From NCBI GenBank assembly GCA_965243025.1, contig CBDETY010000003.1:1728001-1792000 (forward strand): a stretch of DNA of 64,000 bases. Reading direction: 5' to 3'. Source of the stretch: Candidatus Latescibacterota bacterium. GTDB taxonomy: Bacteria; Latescibacterota; UBA2968; UBA8231. The notes beneath the pieces are model-generated. The model did no database searches and had not been told where the DNA came from. It worked only from the letters and a program-made list of their open reading frames with translations. The translations under genes and the position numbers were made by a program. Positions 1-9,447 of the stretch are shown here, piece by piece. Position 1 is the stretch's first letter, and each line of letters starts with the position of its first letter.

Positions 1-77
1 AAAACAGACATATGGTGTTTCCGAATCGATTCAGAATTCCACCGACTGAACCGGATCCCAATTCGGAACGGATCTCG

Positions 78-106
78 ATAATAACCAAACCCCCAGGGGA
101 TGTCAA
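78..106 (-). promoter_or_regulatory. sigma70-type promoter for a gene starting near position 11 and running off the window
   Basis: Minus strand TTGACA-17 bp-TATTAT; ATG at position 11 on the minus strand. Confidence 0.65.
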
Positions 107-231
107 GGGAATGAAGGAGACCATAGAATCCCGCTATCGTGCTCAGGTCCAGACGCTTACGGCGATTCGTTTTCCGGGAACCCCCGCCCTTTTGGAGCCA
201 GGTTTTTCATACGGGTAAAACCGTTGAAGAG

Positions 232-1110
232 TTACCGAACGGTGTCACCCATGACGAAAACCTCTTCCAGGTCCCAGAAGTCAACCTCCGACTGCAGGAA
301 TACGGCTTTGAATAAAGGGTCCTTCCGCTGCTCCTTGACCTCGGTGACATACCCGACGGTAATGCCCTTGGGATATCGACCCCCAAGACCGGACGTAACG
401 ACGCGGTCTCCGGGCTCGATCATACTGCTTGCATCGACGTATCGAAGCTGAAACCTGCCTCCGGGAACCCACGAAACTACCCCATGAGCACGGCCTTGCT
501 GTACCACAGCGCTGACTCTGGAACGCATGATCAGCTGAACTGTAGAGGCATTCGCGTCTGCGTGAATTACATGCCCTACCAGACCAGCTGCGGTCACCAC
601 CGGCTGTTCCGTCTGAATTCCTGCCCTGGTTCCGGCGTTGACGACGATGGTGTCGTACAACTGGTCAGGGTCGCGCCCGATGACCTCGGCCGGAATCAGG
701 TTGCTGAATGGCCGTCGTTGTGTGAACTCAAGCTCCAGGCGAAGCCGGCGATTCTCTTCGACCGCCTCTCGCAGCTGCATTATTTCCAGGGACAGACGGA
801 CGTTTTCGGAAAGCAAGTACCGGGACTTTATCTCGCTTCGCGAATACCTGACTATCCGGGAGGACAGCCACTGCCCCGAATTCAGGATTGCGGACCGGAA
901 GTAGCCGGAAATTTGATCCTGGTATACTTCCGGAAGTCCCATCATCGTCAAGGACAGAACTACCGAGAGAAGGATGGCAAGCCCCTTTTTGGGGGCATGC
1001 AGCCCTCCCACAAGCAGCAGAAAAGCCTGAGAGAGACGCGGAATCAGGTAATCAACAGCCTCAGAAAAGGACCTTCTGGTAGCGGTCGAACTCATCGAGG
1101 ACGCGCGCAT
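232..1110 (-). CDS. mreC: rod shape-determining protein MreC (true start probably downstream of the mreB stop, about 1010-1060)
   Basis: N-terminal TM, coiled coil (EENRRLR), AEVIGRD, GLVG, GDRVVTSGLGGRYPKGI motifs; follows mreB. Confidence 0.92.
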   Translation of the reverse strand: MRASSMSSTATRRSFSEAVDYLIPRLSQAFLLLVGGLHAPKKGLAILLSVVLSLTMMGLPEVYQDQISGYFRSAILNSGQWLSSRIVRYSRSEIKSRYLLSENVRLSLEIMQLREAVEENRRLRLELEFTQRRPFSNLIPAEVIGRDPDQLYDTIVVNAGTRAGIQTEQPVVTAAGLVGHVIHADANASTVQLIMRSRVSAVVQQGRAHGVVSWVPGGRFQLRYVDASSMIEPGDRVVTSGLGGRYPKGITVGYVTEVKEQRKDPLFKAVFLQSEVDFWDLEEVFVMGDTVR

Positions 1111-2080
1111 TACCGCGGACTACGGCAGACAGGGGATCTTCCGTGTCGAGGTAAGTAGGCAGGCTGGTCGCGTCGATCAGACATTCACGCAATCCCCGCA
1201 GCTTTCCACCACCACCGCTCAGGACCATGCCCCGGTCGAGGATATCAGCCGCCAATTCGGGAGGGGTCCTCTCCAGGGCTCGGCGCACGCCGGCAATGAT
1301 CTGGTCGACAGGTTCACTCAGGGCCTCGCGTATTTCTCGGGAGTCTATGGTAAGGGTCTTCGGAATCGCTGCGACAAGATCTCTACCGCGTACCAGCGCC
1401 TCCTCTTCGGGGTCCAGTGGAATCGCGGAGCCGACCTCGAATTTCACTTGCTCCGCGTTTCGGGGACCAATCAGCAGGTTGTACTTCTTGCGCATCCACT
1501 CGATGATTGCGAGGTCCATCTCGTCACCTGCAACGCGTATCGATTCCGAAGTCACCATCCCGGAGAGGGCGATGACAGCGATCTCCGTAGTACCTCCACC
1601 GATGTCGATCACCATCGAGCCGACCGCCTGCTCTACCGGAAGACCGATTCCGATGGCGGCCGCCATCGGTTCAGAGACCAGGTAGACATCCCGTGCCCCC
1701 ACTCTCTCGCAGGAATTCCGCACCGCCCGCTTTTCCACCTGGGTAGCCCCGGAGGGAACGGAGACGATCATCCTGGGCCTCAGGAAGAGCTTGTTGCGCT
1801 GCACCTTCCGAATAAAATGCCGAATCATCTCTTCGGTGACCTCGAAATCGGCGATGACGCCGTCCTTCAGGGGCCGTATGGTCTCGATTTCGGAATTCTC
1901 ACGGCCCATCATCTCCTTGGCTTCAGCCCCGACGGCAATGGTCTTCTTCGTTATGATGTGTCGTGCCACGATGCTCGGCTCGTTCAACACTATGCCCTCC
2001 CCCTTGACGAAAATCAGAGTGTTGGCGGTGCCGAGATCGATTCCGATATCGTTGGAAAACAAACCATTCAGGAAGCCCAT
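1061..2080 (-). CDS. mreB: rod shape-determining actin homologue MreB
   Basis: DIGIDLGTANT, EPMAAAIG, DIGGGTTE, GMVLSGGG motifs. Confidence 0.98.
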   Translation of the reverse strand: MGFLNGLFSNDIGIDLGTANTLIFVKGEGIVLNEPSIVARHIITKKTIAVGAEAKEMMGRENSEIETIRPLKDGVIADFEVTEEMIRHFIRKVQRNKLFLRPRMIVSVPSGATQVEKRAVRNSCERVGARDVYLVSEPMAAAIGIGLPVEQAVGSMVIDIGGGTTEIAVIALSGMVTSESIRVAGDEMDLAIIEWMRKKYNLLIGPRNAEQVKFEVGSAIPLDPEEEALVRGRDLVAAIPKTLTIDSREIREALSEPVDQIIAGVRRALERTPPELAADILDRGMVLSGGGGKLRGLRECLIDATSLPTYLDTEDPLSAVVRGNARVLDEFDRYQKVLF

Positions 2081-2459
2081 TGCAGAGTACTCTTCCTCCT
2101 CACATTCCGTTAATTCGTACCGATTGCCTGGAATTCGGGAACTTTGCGGCTCGCCTCAAAGTTGACCGGCGGGGATGCCGATGGCCTGAAACACCTTCGC
2201 CCCCTTGTCACACCCGCGAATCCAGCCCAGGGTGAATCCCCGGAACAAGGGGGGTTTTGGGGGCCAAATCGTCGCGCCGAAACCTCATTTACTTGCGCGA
2301 AGCGGCGGAAAGATAAGGACACCGAACGAGGTGCGCCAACCGGGGCCATTTTCGCCTAGATGGCGCTAACCTTATATTATTGAACAGCATAAGGATGGTC
2401 AGTCTCTCGATCATCTGCGCATTTTTCGACAACTTCAAAGCCCGCCCGGGAGGCTCAGA

Positions 2460-2960
2460 ATGAACCGTGCTGCCCGCTCCGTTCTACGCAAAATCGGTAC
2501 CGATCCCAACCTCGAGGCGGAACGGGAGCGGCGCATCGAGCAGGAAGCGAATGACGCCACGAGTCGCCTGAACGAGCTGCGTCGCGAATCAGGTGCCGGC
2601 ATACCGGACGGTTTGAGCCAGGTTCCCGAAGAGATGCTCAGCGAATCCGAGAAACGCCACGAAAAGTACAGACGCCAGCAGGAGGTCGCCGGTCGTTTCG
2701 CTCCGGCAGCGGAACGCCTCCCGATCATGACTTCCGACGAGCGCAAGGAACGCGACAAGGACCGTCCCAAGTGGAAGGCCACCAGTTTCGAAGGCCCGAT
2801 CGAGAAACTGATCGAGAAATACGACCGCGATCTCGACGAGGTTCAGCGGCATCTCACCCTTGGTCAGTCCATGAAGTACGAGTTCACCGACGACGGCAAG
2901 GTTCTCGACACTGAGGGAAACACGATATTCGACGGCCAAAGAATCCTTTCGTCGCCCTAG
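2460..2960 (+). CDS. hypothetical charged, helical protein; its stop codon is shared with the MITE end
   Basis: GGGAGG RBS-like sequence before the ATG; protein-like composition; no recognised motif. Confidence 0.7.
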   Translation: MNRAARSVLRKIGTDPNLEAERERRIEQEANDATSRLNELRRESGAGIPDGLSQVPEEMLSESEKRHEKYRRQQEVAGRFAPAAERLPIMTSDERKERDKDRPKWKATSFEGPIEKLIEKYDRDLDEVQRHLTLGQSMKYEFTDDGKVLDTEGNTIFDGQRILSSP

Positions 2961-3124
2961 TGTCCCGTCGCAGAGATAGATTGACAAAATTGGGATGCCG
3001 AGGCGCCCGGCTCACAAGGCGCCTGAGCGAGTCGTACCGAGGGTGTACGGCGAGCGAAGGCAACGCCGTGAGCCGGGATGGATCGGCGTCCCAATGTCGA
3101 GATATTTCTGCGACGGGGCACTGG
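2957..3124 (+). mobile_element. MITE-like hairpin element, copy 1 (168 bp)
   Basis: Imperfect terminal inverted repeats CTAGTGTCCCGTCGCAGAGATA / TATTTCTGCGACGGGGCACTGG; inner stems CCCGGCTCAC/GTGAGCCGGG and CGTAC/GTACG; second inverted copy at 61885-62110. Confidence 0.85.
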
Positions 3125-3251
3125 CTTGCCAACGCAACGCCACAGGGCGTTGAATAAAGAGCGCCTCCTGCCTCCACCTGCCTCGCTTTCACGACCTGAA
3201 TCTCACCCGTTTCATACCCCCGCTTTCTGCGACAGCTCTGATCTGCTGTAA

Positions 3252-3506
3252 CGGGATCCCCGACTCCCCACCCGGTCCTTCGGAACGAATCGAGCTTCTT
3301 TCGAAGCGCGGGGGGCGCGGGGGGCGTATGGAAGGGCAATTTACCTCAACATCAACCCTCTCGATGCTTACCCCGGCCTCGGAGACCTGCCGGTTACCTT
3401 GGGAGAACCCCGGCTTGCCATTGAGCAGTTCGACAACGCCTTGCTGATCGATCCGCAACCGGCTGCGGCCAAATCCGGTCAGAAGCGGACGATCGAAGCC
3501 CCATGA
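3252..3506 (+). pseudogene. start-less TPR-repeat gene remnant
   Basis: Hand translation gives ...ARGAYGRAIYLNINPLDAYPGLGDLPVTLGEPRLAIEQFDNALLIDPQPAAAKSG..., a TPR-like pattern; in-frame TAA at 3249 and no ATG. Confidence 0.5.
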
Positions 3507-3643
3507 CGCCGGGTTCCTGTCTCAAGACCGGGGCGGCGGCAGGCCTGGGTGGACGAACACCAGGTTGCTCTCTCCCCTCCTTTCCCATCAGTTCCGCAAC
3601 TCCCAAACCACCCGGGTTTGCCCGAAGGGGTAGCCAGGCTATC

Positions 3644-4744
3644 ATGCGCCGGTTCGAACTGGCGGGCACCATCGTGGCGGTACTCCTTCTCGGGGCCACA
3701 TCCGGCTGCGGCTTTCGGATCGGGGACCTCCCCTACTTCTGGCATCTGGCAAAAGGCCAGCTGAGGCTGATTGTCAACTGCCGGCCGATCCAGGAGCTGG
3801 TCCTCGAGGAATCTGTCAGCGAAGACGCAGCCCGAAGGCTCGGGTTCGTTTCAGACGTAAAGGCATACGCCTTCGAGGTCATCGGGCTGACTGTTTCCGA
3901 CAACTATAGTTGCTTTGTCGACACCGAAGGCCGCCCGGTGCTCTGGAATGCAAGCGCCTCGCCACCTGACCGCTTCGACCCATACCAGTGGCGTTTCCCC
4001 ATCGCGGGGTCGGTTCCCTACAAGGGTTTCTTCCACCGCGAGCTGGCGATCGCGGAACGGGATTCCCTCCAGGCACGCGGGTACGACGCCATTGCCCGTC
4101 CGGTAGCCGCATACAGCACACTCGGTTTTTTTTCCGACCCGGTGCTCAGCACCATGCTGCAGTACCCCGAGGATGCCCTGGCGGACCTTATCATCCACGA
4201 ACTCACCCACTCTGCGCTTTACGTTCCAGATCACACGGAATTCAACGAAAGCCTGGCGACCTTCGTCGGAAACGTCGGCTCGCTGCGCTTCCTTGAGCAG
4301 CGCTACGGAGTCGACAGCCAAGCGGTTGCCAGGGCTCGGGCCCGCCGCGCGGACGTGGAACTGTTCCGACTCTTCATGCACCAAGTGGTGGCCGACCTCG
4401 ACAGTCTCTACAACCAGCAGCTGCCACGGGAACAGGTCCTTCGCCTCCGGGTCGAACTCTTCGGCGCCTGGCAGCGGCGATTCGAAGCGAAGCTCCAGGA
4501 GTTTTCCGATCCGTCGCGGTATCGGGGATTTCTCGACTGGGAGCTGAACAACGCCCGCCTGTTATCCTACCGACGCTACCACAGCGGCCAGGAAATCTTT
4601 GCGGAACTGTACCGCTTGACAGGAAATGATCTGCGCCAATCCTTGGAGTTGCTCAAAGATTGCGAGGAGGCCGAGGATCCCTGGAGGTTCGCGGAGGATC
4701 TCCTTTTCAGACTCCGCGACCCGGGTAACCCCGGCGAGACCTGA
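3644..4744 (+). CDS. putative zinc aminopeptidase lipoprotein
   Basis: Signal with LLGATSGC lipobox-like motif; WRFPIAGSVPYKGFF, AYSTLGFFSDP, HELTH (HExxH), FNESLATFVG. Confidence 0.85.
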   Translation: MRRFELAGTIVAVLLLGATSGCGFRIGDLPYFWHLAKGQLRLIVNCRPIQELVLEESVSEDAARRLGFVSDVKAYAFEVIGLTVSDNYSCFVDTEGRPVLWNASASPPDRFDPYQWRFPIAGSVPYKGFFHRELAIAERDSLQARGYDAIARPVAAYSTLGFFSDPVLSTMLQYPEDALADLIIHELTHSALYVPDHTEFNESLATFVGNVGSLRFLEQRYGVDSQAVARARARRADVELFRLFMHQVVADLDSLYNQQLPREQVLRLRVELFGAWQRRFEAKLQEFSDPSRYRGFLDWELNNARLLSYRRYHSGQEIFAELYRLTGNDLRQSLELLKDCEEAEDPWRFAEDLLFRLRDPGNPGET

Positions 4745-4754
4745 TGGAGGCAGA

Positions 4755-5525
4755 ATGAAATCGGTGCTGGATCGATTCCGTATAGACGGCTCCGTGGCAA
4801 TGGTGACGGGGGCAAGTTTCGGACTTGGAAAGGCCATGGCAGAGGGGCTGGCGGAAGCGGGAGGCGATATCGTCGGAATCAGCCGCGAACGGGGGAATCT
4901 TGCGGAGGTCGAGAAGGCGGTCACAGCCTGCGGGCGCCGGTTTCTCGCCCTGGAATGTGACGTCGGGGACCGGGGCCAGCTGCGGGAAGCCGTATCCGCT
5001 TCCCACCGCTGGCAGAACCGGCTGGACATACTGATAAACAACGCCGGAATCATCCACAGGGATGCCGCCGCCGAACACCCGGAAGAGGCCTGGGACCAGG
5101 TTCTGCGCGTCAATCTCGACGCCGTCTGGTTCGGCAGCCAGGAAGCGGGAAAGGTGATGCTGCAGCAGGGCGGCGGGAAGATCATCTCGACCGCCTCGGT
5201 TCTCAGCTTTTCCGGTGGGATTCTCGTTCCCGGGTACGCGGCCAGCAAAGGGGCCATCGCGCAGCTGACCAAGGCCCTCGCCAATGAATGGGCCCCGCAC
5301 GGGGTCAACGTAAACGCCATTGCTCCCGGTTACATGGTAACCCGGAACACCGATGCCCTGCGCGCGGACAGCTCCCGCTCGCAGGCGATTCTCGAGCGCA
5401 TTCCCGCCGCCCGGTGGGGCGACCCGGATGATCTCAAAGGGGCCGCGGTTCTACTTTCTTCTTCGGCCGGGGATTACATACACGGGCACCTGCTCGTGGT
5501 CGACGGGGGCTGGTGTGCCAGGTAG
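4755..5525 (+). CDS. kduD: SDR, 2-deoxy-D-gluconate 3-dehydrogenase-like
   Basis: TGASFGLG, NNAGII, GGILVPGYAASKG, LANEWA, VDGGW; GGAGG RBS. Confidence 0.85.
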   Translation: MKSVLDRFRIDGSVAMVTGASFGLGKAMAEGLAEAGGDIVGISRERGNLAEVEKAVTACGRRFLALECDVGDRGQLREAVSASHRWQNRLDILINNAGIIHRDAAAEHPEEAWDQVLRVNLDAVWFGSQEAGKVMLQQGGGKIISTASVLSFSGGILVPGYAASKGAIAQLTKALANEWAPHGVNVNAIAPGYMVTRNTDALRADSSRSQAILERIPAARWGDPDDLKGAAVLLSSSAGDYIHGHLLVVDGGWCAR

Positions 5526-6405
5526 CTCACAGAACCCCGCGCTCCGCGGCAGCCGGATTCTCGTCTATTTAATTGTAATGGCGGGGCTGGGGGCGTCCGG
5601 GTGCGGTTACGCCCGCAGCCGCCTCGCCGAATCCCTGATGGCCGATGTCGCTGCCGCCACGGCGAAACACGATGACGTCACGCTCGTTTCGCAGGCCGTT
5701 CCGACGTTTCTGTTGCTGCTCGAGGGAATGATTGAAGACGACCCCGACAATCCCGGACTCCGGACCGAGGCTGCCAAGGGATATACCAGCTATGGTGTTC
5801 TCGTCGAAGCGGAAGATCCGGAGCGCGCGCGCCGGGTCTACCGCCGCGGCATGGATCACGGTCGCCGTGCCATGGTGCGGAACGACCGCGCCGCGGCGCT
5901 CCTGGATTCGCCGTACCCGGAATTCACCTCCATCACCCAAGTCCTGGAAAAGAAGGACCTCGAGGCTGTCTTCTGGGCGGCGAGCGCCTGGGGAGCATGG
6001 ATCAGCCTGAACACCGGATCGATGGCGGCACTCGCCGGTCTCCCGCGCGTCATACTGTTGATGGAGTGGGTGCTGGAACAGGACGAGACCTACCAGGGCG
6101 GCAGCGCCCACATCTTTCTCGGCATCTACTACGCCGCCCTGCCGCCGATGCTGGGCGGGCAGCCGGAACAGGCCCGATTCCATTTCGAGCGTGCCCTGGA
6201 ATTGACTGAGGAGCAGTCCGCCATTGTATTGGTCCAGATGGCCAGGTTCTACGCCGTGCAGCAATTCGACCGGGAACTCTACGTCTCCCTGCTGGAACGC
6301 GCCCTCGCCATTCCGGCCGACTCGGCCCCAGAGCTGACCTTGCAAAACGAGGCCGCTCACCGACAGGCCCGCCGGCTTCTGCTGGAAACCGACGATATTT
6401 TTTAG
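5515..6405 (+). CDS. TRAP transporter TatT component (TPR-like lipoprotein)
   Basis: Lipobox GASGC; LLLLEGMI, PPMLGGQPEQARFHFERAL motifs; directly upstream of dctPQM. Confidence 0.85.
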   Translation: MPGSSQNPALRGSRILVYLIVMAGLGASGCGYARSRLAESLMADVAAATAKHDDVTLVSQAVPTFLLLLEGMIEDDPDNPGLRTEAAKGYTSYGVLVEAEDPERARRVYRRGMDHGRRAMVRNDRAAALLDSPYPEFTSITQVLEKKDLEAVFWAASAWGAWISLNTGSMAALAGLPRVILLMEWVLEQDETYQGGSAHIFLGIYYAALPPMLGGQPEQARFHFERALELTEEQSAIVLVQMARFYAVQQFDRELYVSLLERALAIPADSAPELTLQNEAAHRQARRLLLETDDIF

Positions 6406-6595
6406 GTCGGCACCCGCTCGAGAGGAAACGCGGAGTCCTGTCCGGATTCTGTTTCGCCGAAAGATACCCGGGAAAGGCAAACATTTTTTCACGTCGCAGG
6501 GGCCAGCAGCCCTGTCTCCGGTACAATTCGCCGAATCGGCGGATGGCGGGTTGTGCGGATTATCGATCCAGGAAATAGCTGTGCAAACCACAAAC

Positions 6596-7654
6596 ATGAC
6601 ATCTGTTTTCGGAGCGGGCTCATGCGGCCGCCCCACACGCAGGTCCAGAACCTTCGCGGCCGCGGTGGCAACTGCAATCGGACTGGCGGGCTTCGCCCAT
6701 GGTCAGACGCTCAAAATCGCCACCCTGGCGCCGGATGGCAGCGGCTGGGTCAACACCTTGCGAGACATCGACAACGAGGTGCGGGAACGCACCGGGAACA
6801 AGGTGCGCCTGAAAATCTATCCGGGGGGAGTTCAGGGCGACGAGGACGTGATGATCCGGAAAATCAGGGTCGGCCAGCTGCACGGCGGTGGATTCGGGGG
6901 AACCGGCACTTCGGCGATCTTTCCCGACGTGCTGGCCCTGGAAATGCCGTTCCTGTTCGAGGATTACGACGAGATAGAGCATGTCCTTGCCCAAACTCAA
7001 GGGTATTATCGCCGCGGGTACGCCGAACAGGGCTACGTCCTCCTCGGCTGGTTCGATATAGGTTTCGTGTACCTGTTCTCCCAGAAGCCGATCGCCGGAG
7101 TTGACGACATCCGGGGGCTGAAAGTCTGGCGTCTTCAGGGTGAACCGGTAAGTGAGGTCCTGTTCGCCAGAATCGGCGTCACCTCCGTGCCGCTGTCCAT
7201 TCCCGATGTGCTTCTCGGTTTGCAAACCGACCTGGTCGAAGTGGTCTACACCTCTCCGGCGGCAGCGATCGTGCTCCAGTGGTTCACCCGCGTCGGTTAC
7301 TATTCGACCCTGCCTATCAACCACGTGCTCGGCGCCTTCCTCGTCGACCGACGCGCCTTCGCCAAACTCTCCGAGGAGCATCAGCAGATTCTCAGCGAGG
7401 TTTCCGACCGTCACATCCGCGCACAGAGGACCCTCAACCGGGCGGAAAACAAGGAGGCCCTGCGAGTTATTTCCAACCACGGTGTCGTCGCAGTCGACTT
7501 TCCCCCACCGGAGGTCGAATCGTTCGAGCAGGTTGTCGCCGAATCATTGCCCGACCTGAAAGGCCGCGCCTTCTCCGACGAATCGTACGAGATGGTGCAT
7601 GGATATCTGGGTGAGTACCGGCAACGACGGGCCGAGGTTCAACCGGAGGAATAG
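6596..7654 (+). CDS. dctP: TRAP substrate-binding protein, TatP-type DctP
   Basis: KIATLAPDGSGW, YPGGVQGDE, GLKVW, ALQWF-like motif. Confidence 0.9.
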   Translation: MTSVFGAGSCGRPTRRSRTFAAAVATAIGLAGFAHGQTLKIATLAPDGSGWVNTLRDIDNEVRERTGNKVRLKIYPGGVQGDEDVMIRKIRVGQLHGGGFGGTGTSAIFPDVLALEMPFLFEDYDEIEHVLAQTQGYYRRGYAEQGYVLLGWFDIGFVYLFSQKPIAGVDDIRGLKVWRLQGEPVSEVLFARIGVTSVPLSIPDVLLGLQTDLVEVVYTSPAAAIVLQWFTRVGYYSTLPINHVLGAFLVDRRAFAKLSEEHQQILSEVSDRHIRAQRTLNRAENKEALRVISNHGVVAVDFPPPEVESFEQVVAESLPDLKGRAFSDESYEMVHGYLGEYRQRRAEVQPEE

Positions 7655-7660
7655 AACTTT

Positions 7661-8152
7661 TTGTCCGCTCCCCGGGCTCCCTTGCATCACCGTATCGAAG
7701 ACGGGGTCCTCACCTTCCTAACATTCTCCCTCGTCCTGCTGGCGGTGGGTGAAATACTGTTGCGGAACCTGTTCGAGCTGACTCTCCTGTGGGGGGATCC
7801 GGCAATCCGCCACCTGGTGCTGTGGGCGGGTTTCGTTGGCGCAGCCGTGGCCGCCCGCAATGGCAGGCACCTGCGCATCGACGCCGTTCTCCGGGTCCTG
7901 CCTCCCCGCCTGCGGGGGTGGGCCGACGGCATCGGTTCGCTGTTCTCATGCGGCATCTGCTTCCTTCTCTGCCACCTGGCCGTGCGTTTCGTCAACGACG
8001 AACGGACCTTTGGCGCCGCCGGGGACCTCGCCGTGCCCACCTGGGTGCTTCAGCTCATCTTTCCCGTGACCTTCGCCATCCTCGCCCTTCGCTTCGGGGT
8101 AGAGGGGTGCAGCAAGCTTCTCGGCAAAAAACCGTTGGATGAGGGGCCGTGA
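7661..8152 (+). CDS. dctQ: TRAP small permease DctQ
   Basis: Four TM segments; LVLWAGFVGA...HLRID motif. Confidence 0.9.
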   Translation: MSAPRAPLHHRIEDGVLTFLTFSLVLLAVGEILLRNLFELTLLWGDPAIRHLVLWAGFVGAAVAARNGRHLRIDAVLRVLPPRLRGWADGIGSLFSCGICFLLCHLAVRFVNDERTFGAAGDLAVPTWVLQLIFPVTFAILALRFGVEGCSKLLGKKPLDEGP

Positions 8153-9408
8153 CCGCCTTCGCCGCGGTCCTGCTCGCCGCCTTCGGCACCCCCCTGTTCG
8201 TCATCATCGCCGCGCTTGCCCTGGCCGGATTCGCCGCCGGCGAGCTCGACCTCACCATTCTCTTCATCGAGATGTACAGACTCGCCGACACCCCGGTGCT
8301 GTCGGCGATACCCCTGTTCGCCTTTACCGGCTTCCTCCTCTCCCACAGCGACGCCGCGCGTCGTCTGGTGCGGCTCTCGGAGGAGCTGCTCGGGTGGCTT
8401 CCGGGCGGTCTGGCGATCATGGCCCTGGCAGTTTGTGCATTGCTGACGGCTTTCACCGGGGCCTCGGGAATGACCATCGTCGCCCTCGGGGGGCTGCTGT
8501 ATCCGGCTCTGAAGGCCGCCCGGTATCCGGAGCAGTTTTCACTCGGCCTGCTGACGACGTCAGGATCCCTGGGCCTGCTGTTTCCTCCAAGCATACCGCT
8601 CATTCTCTACGCCATCGTCGCTGAAACCCCCGTAGACCAGTTGTTCATCGCCGGAATCCTTCCCGGCCTCCTGCTGGTGCTTGCCCTTTCGATCTACAGC
8701 TACACGATCGGGATGCGGATTGCCCCGGCCAGGCGCAAGGGGTTCTCCGCTGTCCGCGCCTTGCGGGCGGTTCGCGCCAGCGCCTGGGAGCTCCTTCTGC
8801 CTCCCGTGGTCGTCGGCGGCATCTACGGCGGCTTCATCGCCGTGAGCGAAGCGGCTGCCCTGAGCGCGCTCTACGTCTTCATCATCGAAGTTGCAGTACA
8901 TCGGGAAATCCCGGTGCGGCGGTTGCCTGCCATCGCGCGCGATACCATGGTTCTGGTCGGCAGTATCCTCATCCTTCTAGCCGCCGCCCTGGCCTACACC
9001 AACTACGTCGTCGACGCCGAGATCCCCACCCGCCTTCTGTCCTTCATCCAGGGAGAAATCTCGAGTCGTTTCCTGTTTCTCATCCTGCTGAATCTCTTCC
9101 TCCTGGCGGTCGGTTGCATGATCGACATGTTCGCGGCCCTGGTAATCGTCGTCCCCCTCGTCCTTCCGATCGCCAAAGCTTACGACGTTCACCCCGTTCA
9201 TCTCGGGATCATTTTTCTGACCAATCTCGAAATCGGATACTCGACTCCCCCGGTGGGCATCAACCTCTTCATCGCCAGCGCCCGTTTCGATCAGTCCGTG
9301 CTCAAGCTCTACCGGGCATCGCTCCCGTTTCTCGCGATTCTGCTGGCGGCTCTTTTCGTCATCACGTACGTGCCGGAACTGAGCCTGTTGTTCGTCGGCA
9401 TGGATTGA
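8149..9408 (+). CDS. dctM: TRAP large permease DctM
   Basis: AIPLF, SLGLLFPPSIPLILY, HLGIIFLTNLEIGYSTPPVGINLF. Confidence 0.95.
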   Translation: MTAFAAVLLAAFGTPLFVIIAALALAGFAAGELDLTILFIEMYRLADTPVLSAIPLFAFTGFLLSHSDAARRLVRLSEELLGWLPGGLAIMALAVCALLTAFTGASGMTIVALGGLLYPALKAARYPEQFSLGLLTTSGSLGLLFPPSIPLILYAIVAETPVDQLFIAGILPGLLLVLALSIYSYTIGMRIAPARRKGFSAVRALRAVRASAWELLLPPVVVGGIYGGFIAVSEAAALSALYVFIIEVAVHREIPVRRLPAIARDTMVLVGSILILLAAALAYTNYVVDAEIPTRLLSFIQGEISSRFLFLILLNLFLLAVGCMIDMFAALVIVVPLVLPIAKAYDVHPVHLGIIFLTNLEIGYSTPPVGINLFIASARFDQSVLKLYRASLPFLAILLAALFVITYVPELSLLFVGMD

Positions 9409-9447
9409 ACCGGCGGGCCAGGCTCCCGGCAAGGAGGATCCTGTAGA

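Noticed and set aside
2960-3157. Similar short ORFs here and at 61985-62167 (CRGARLTRRLSESYRGCTA)
   Set aside because: They are translations of the MITE copies, not evidence of a peptide gene family
3189-3458. 89-aa minus-strand ORF
   Set aside because: No recognisable motif; the plus-strand TPR-like frame explains the region better
6470-6510. AAAGGCAAAC upstream of dctP, resembling the start of a c-di-GMP-I riboswitch
   Set aside because: The following GAAA-capped stem and GACGCAAAGC motif are absent
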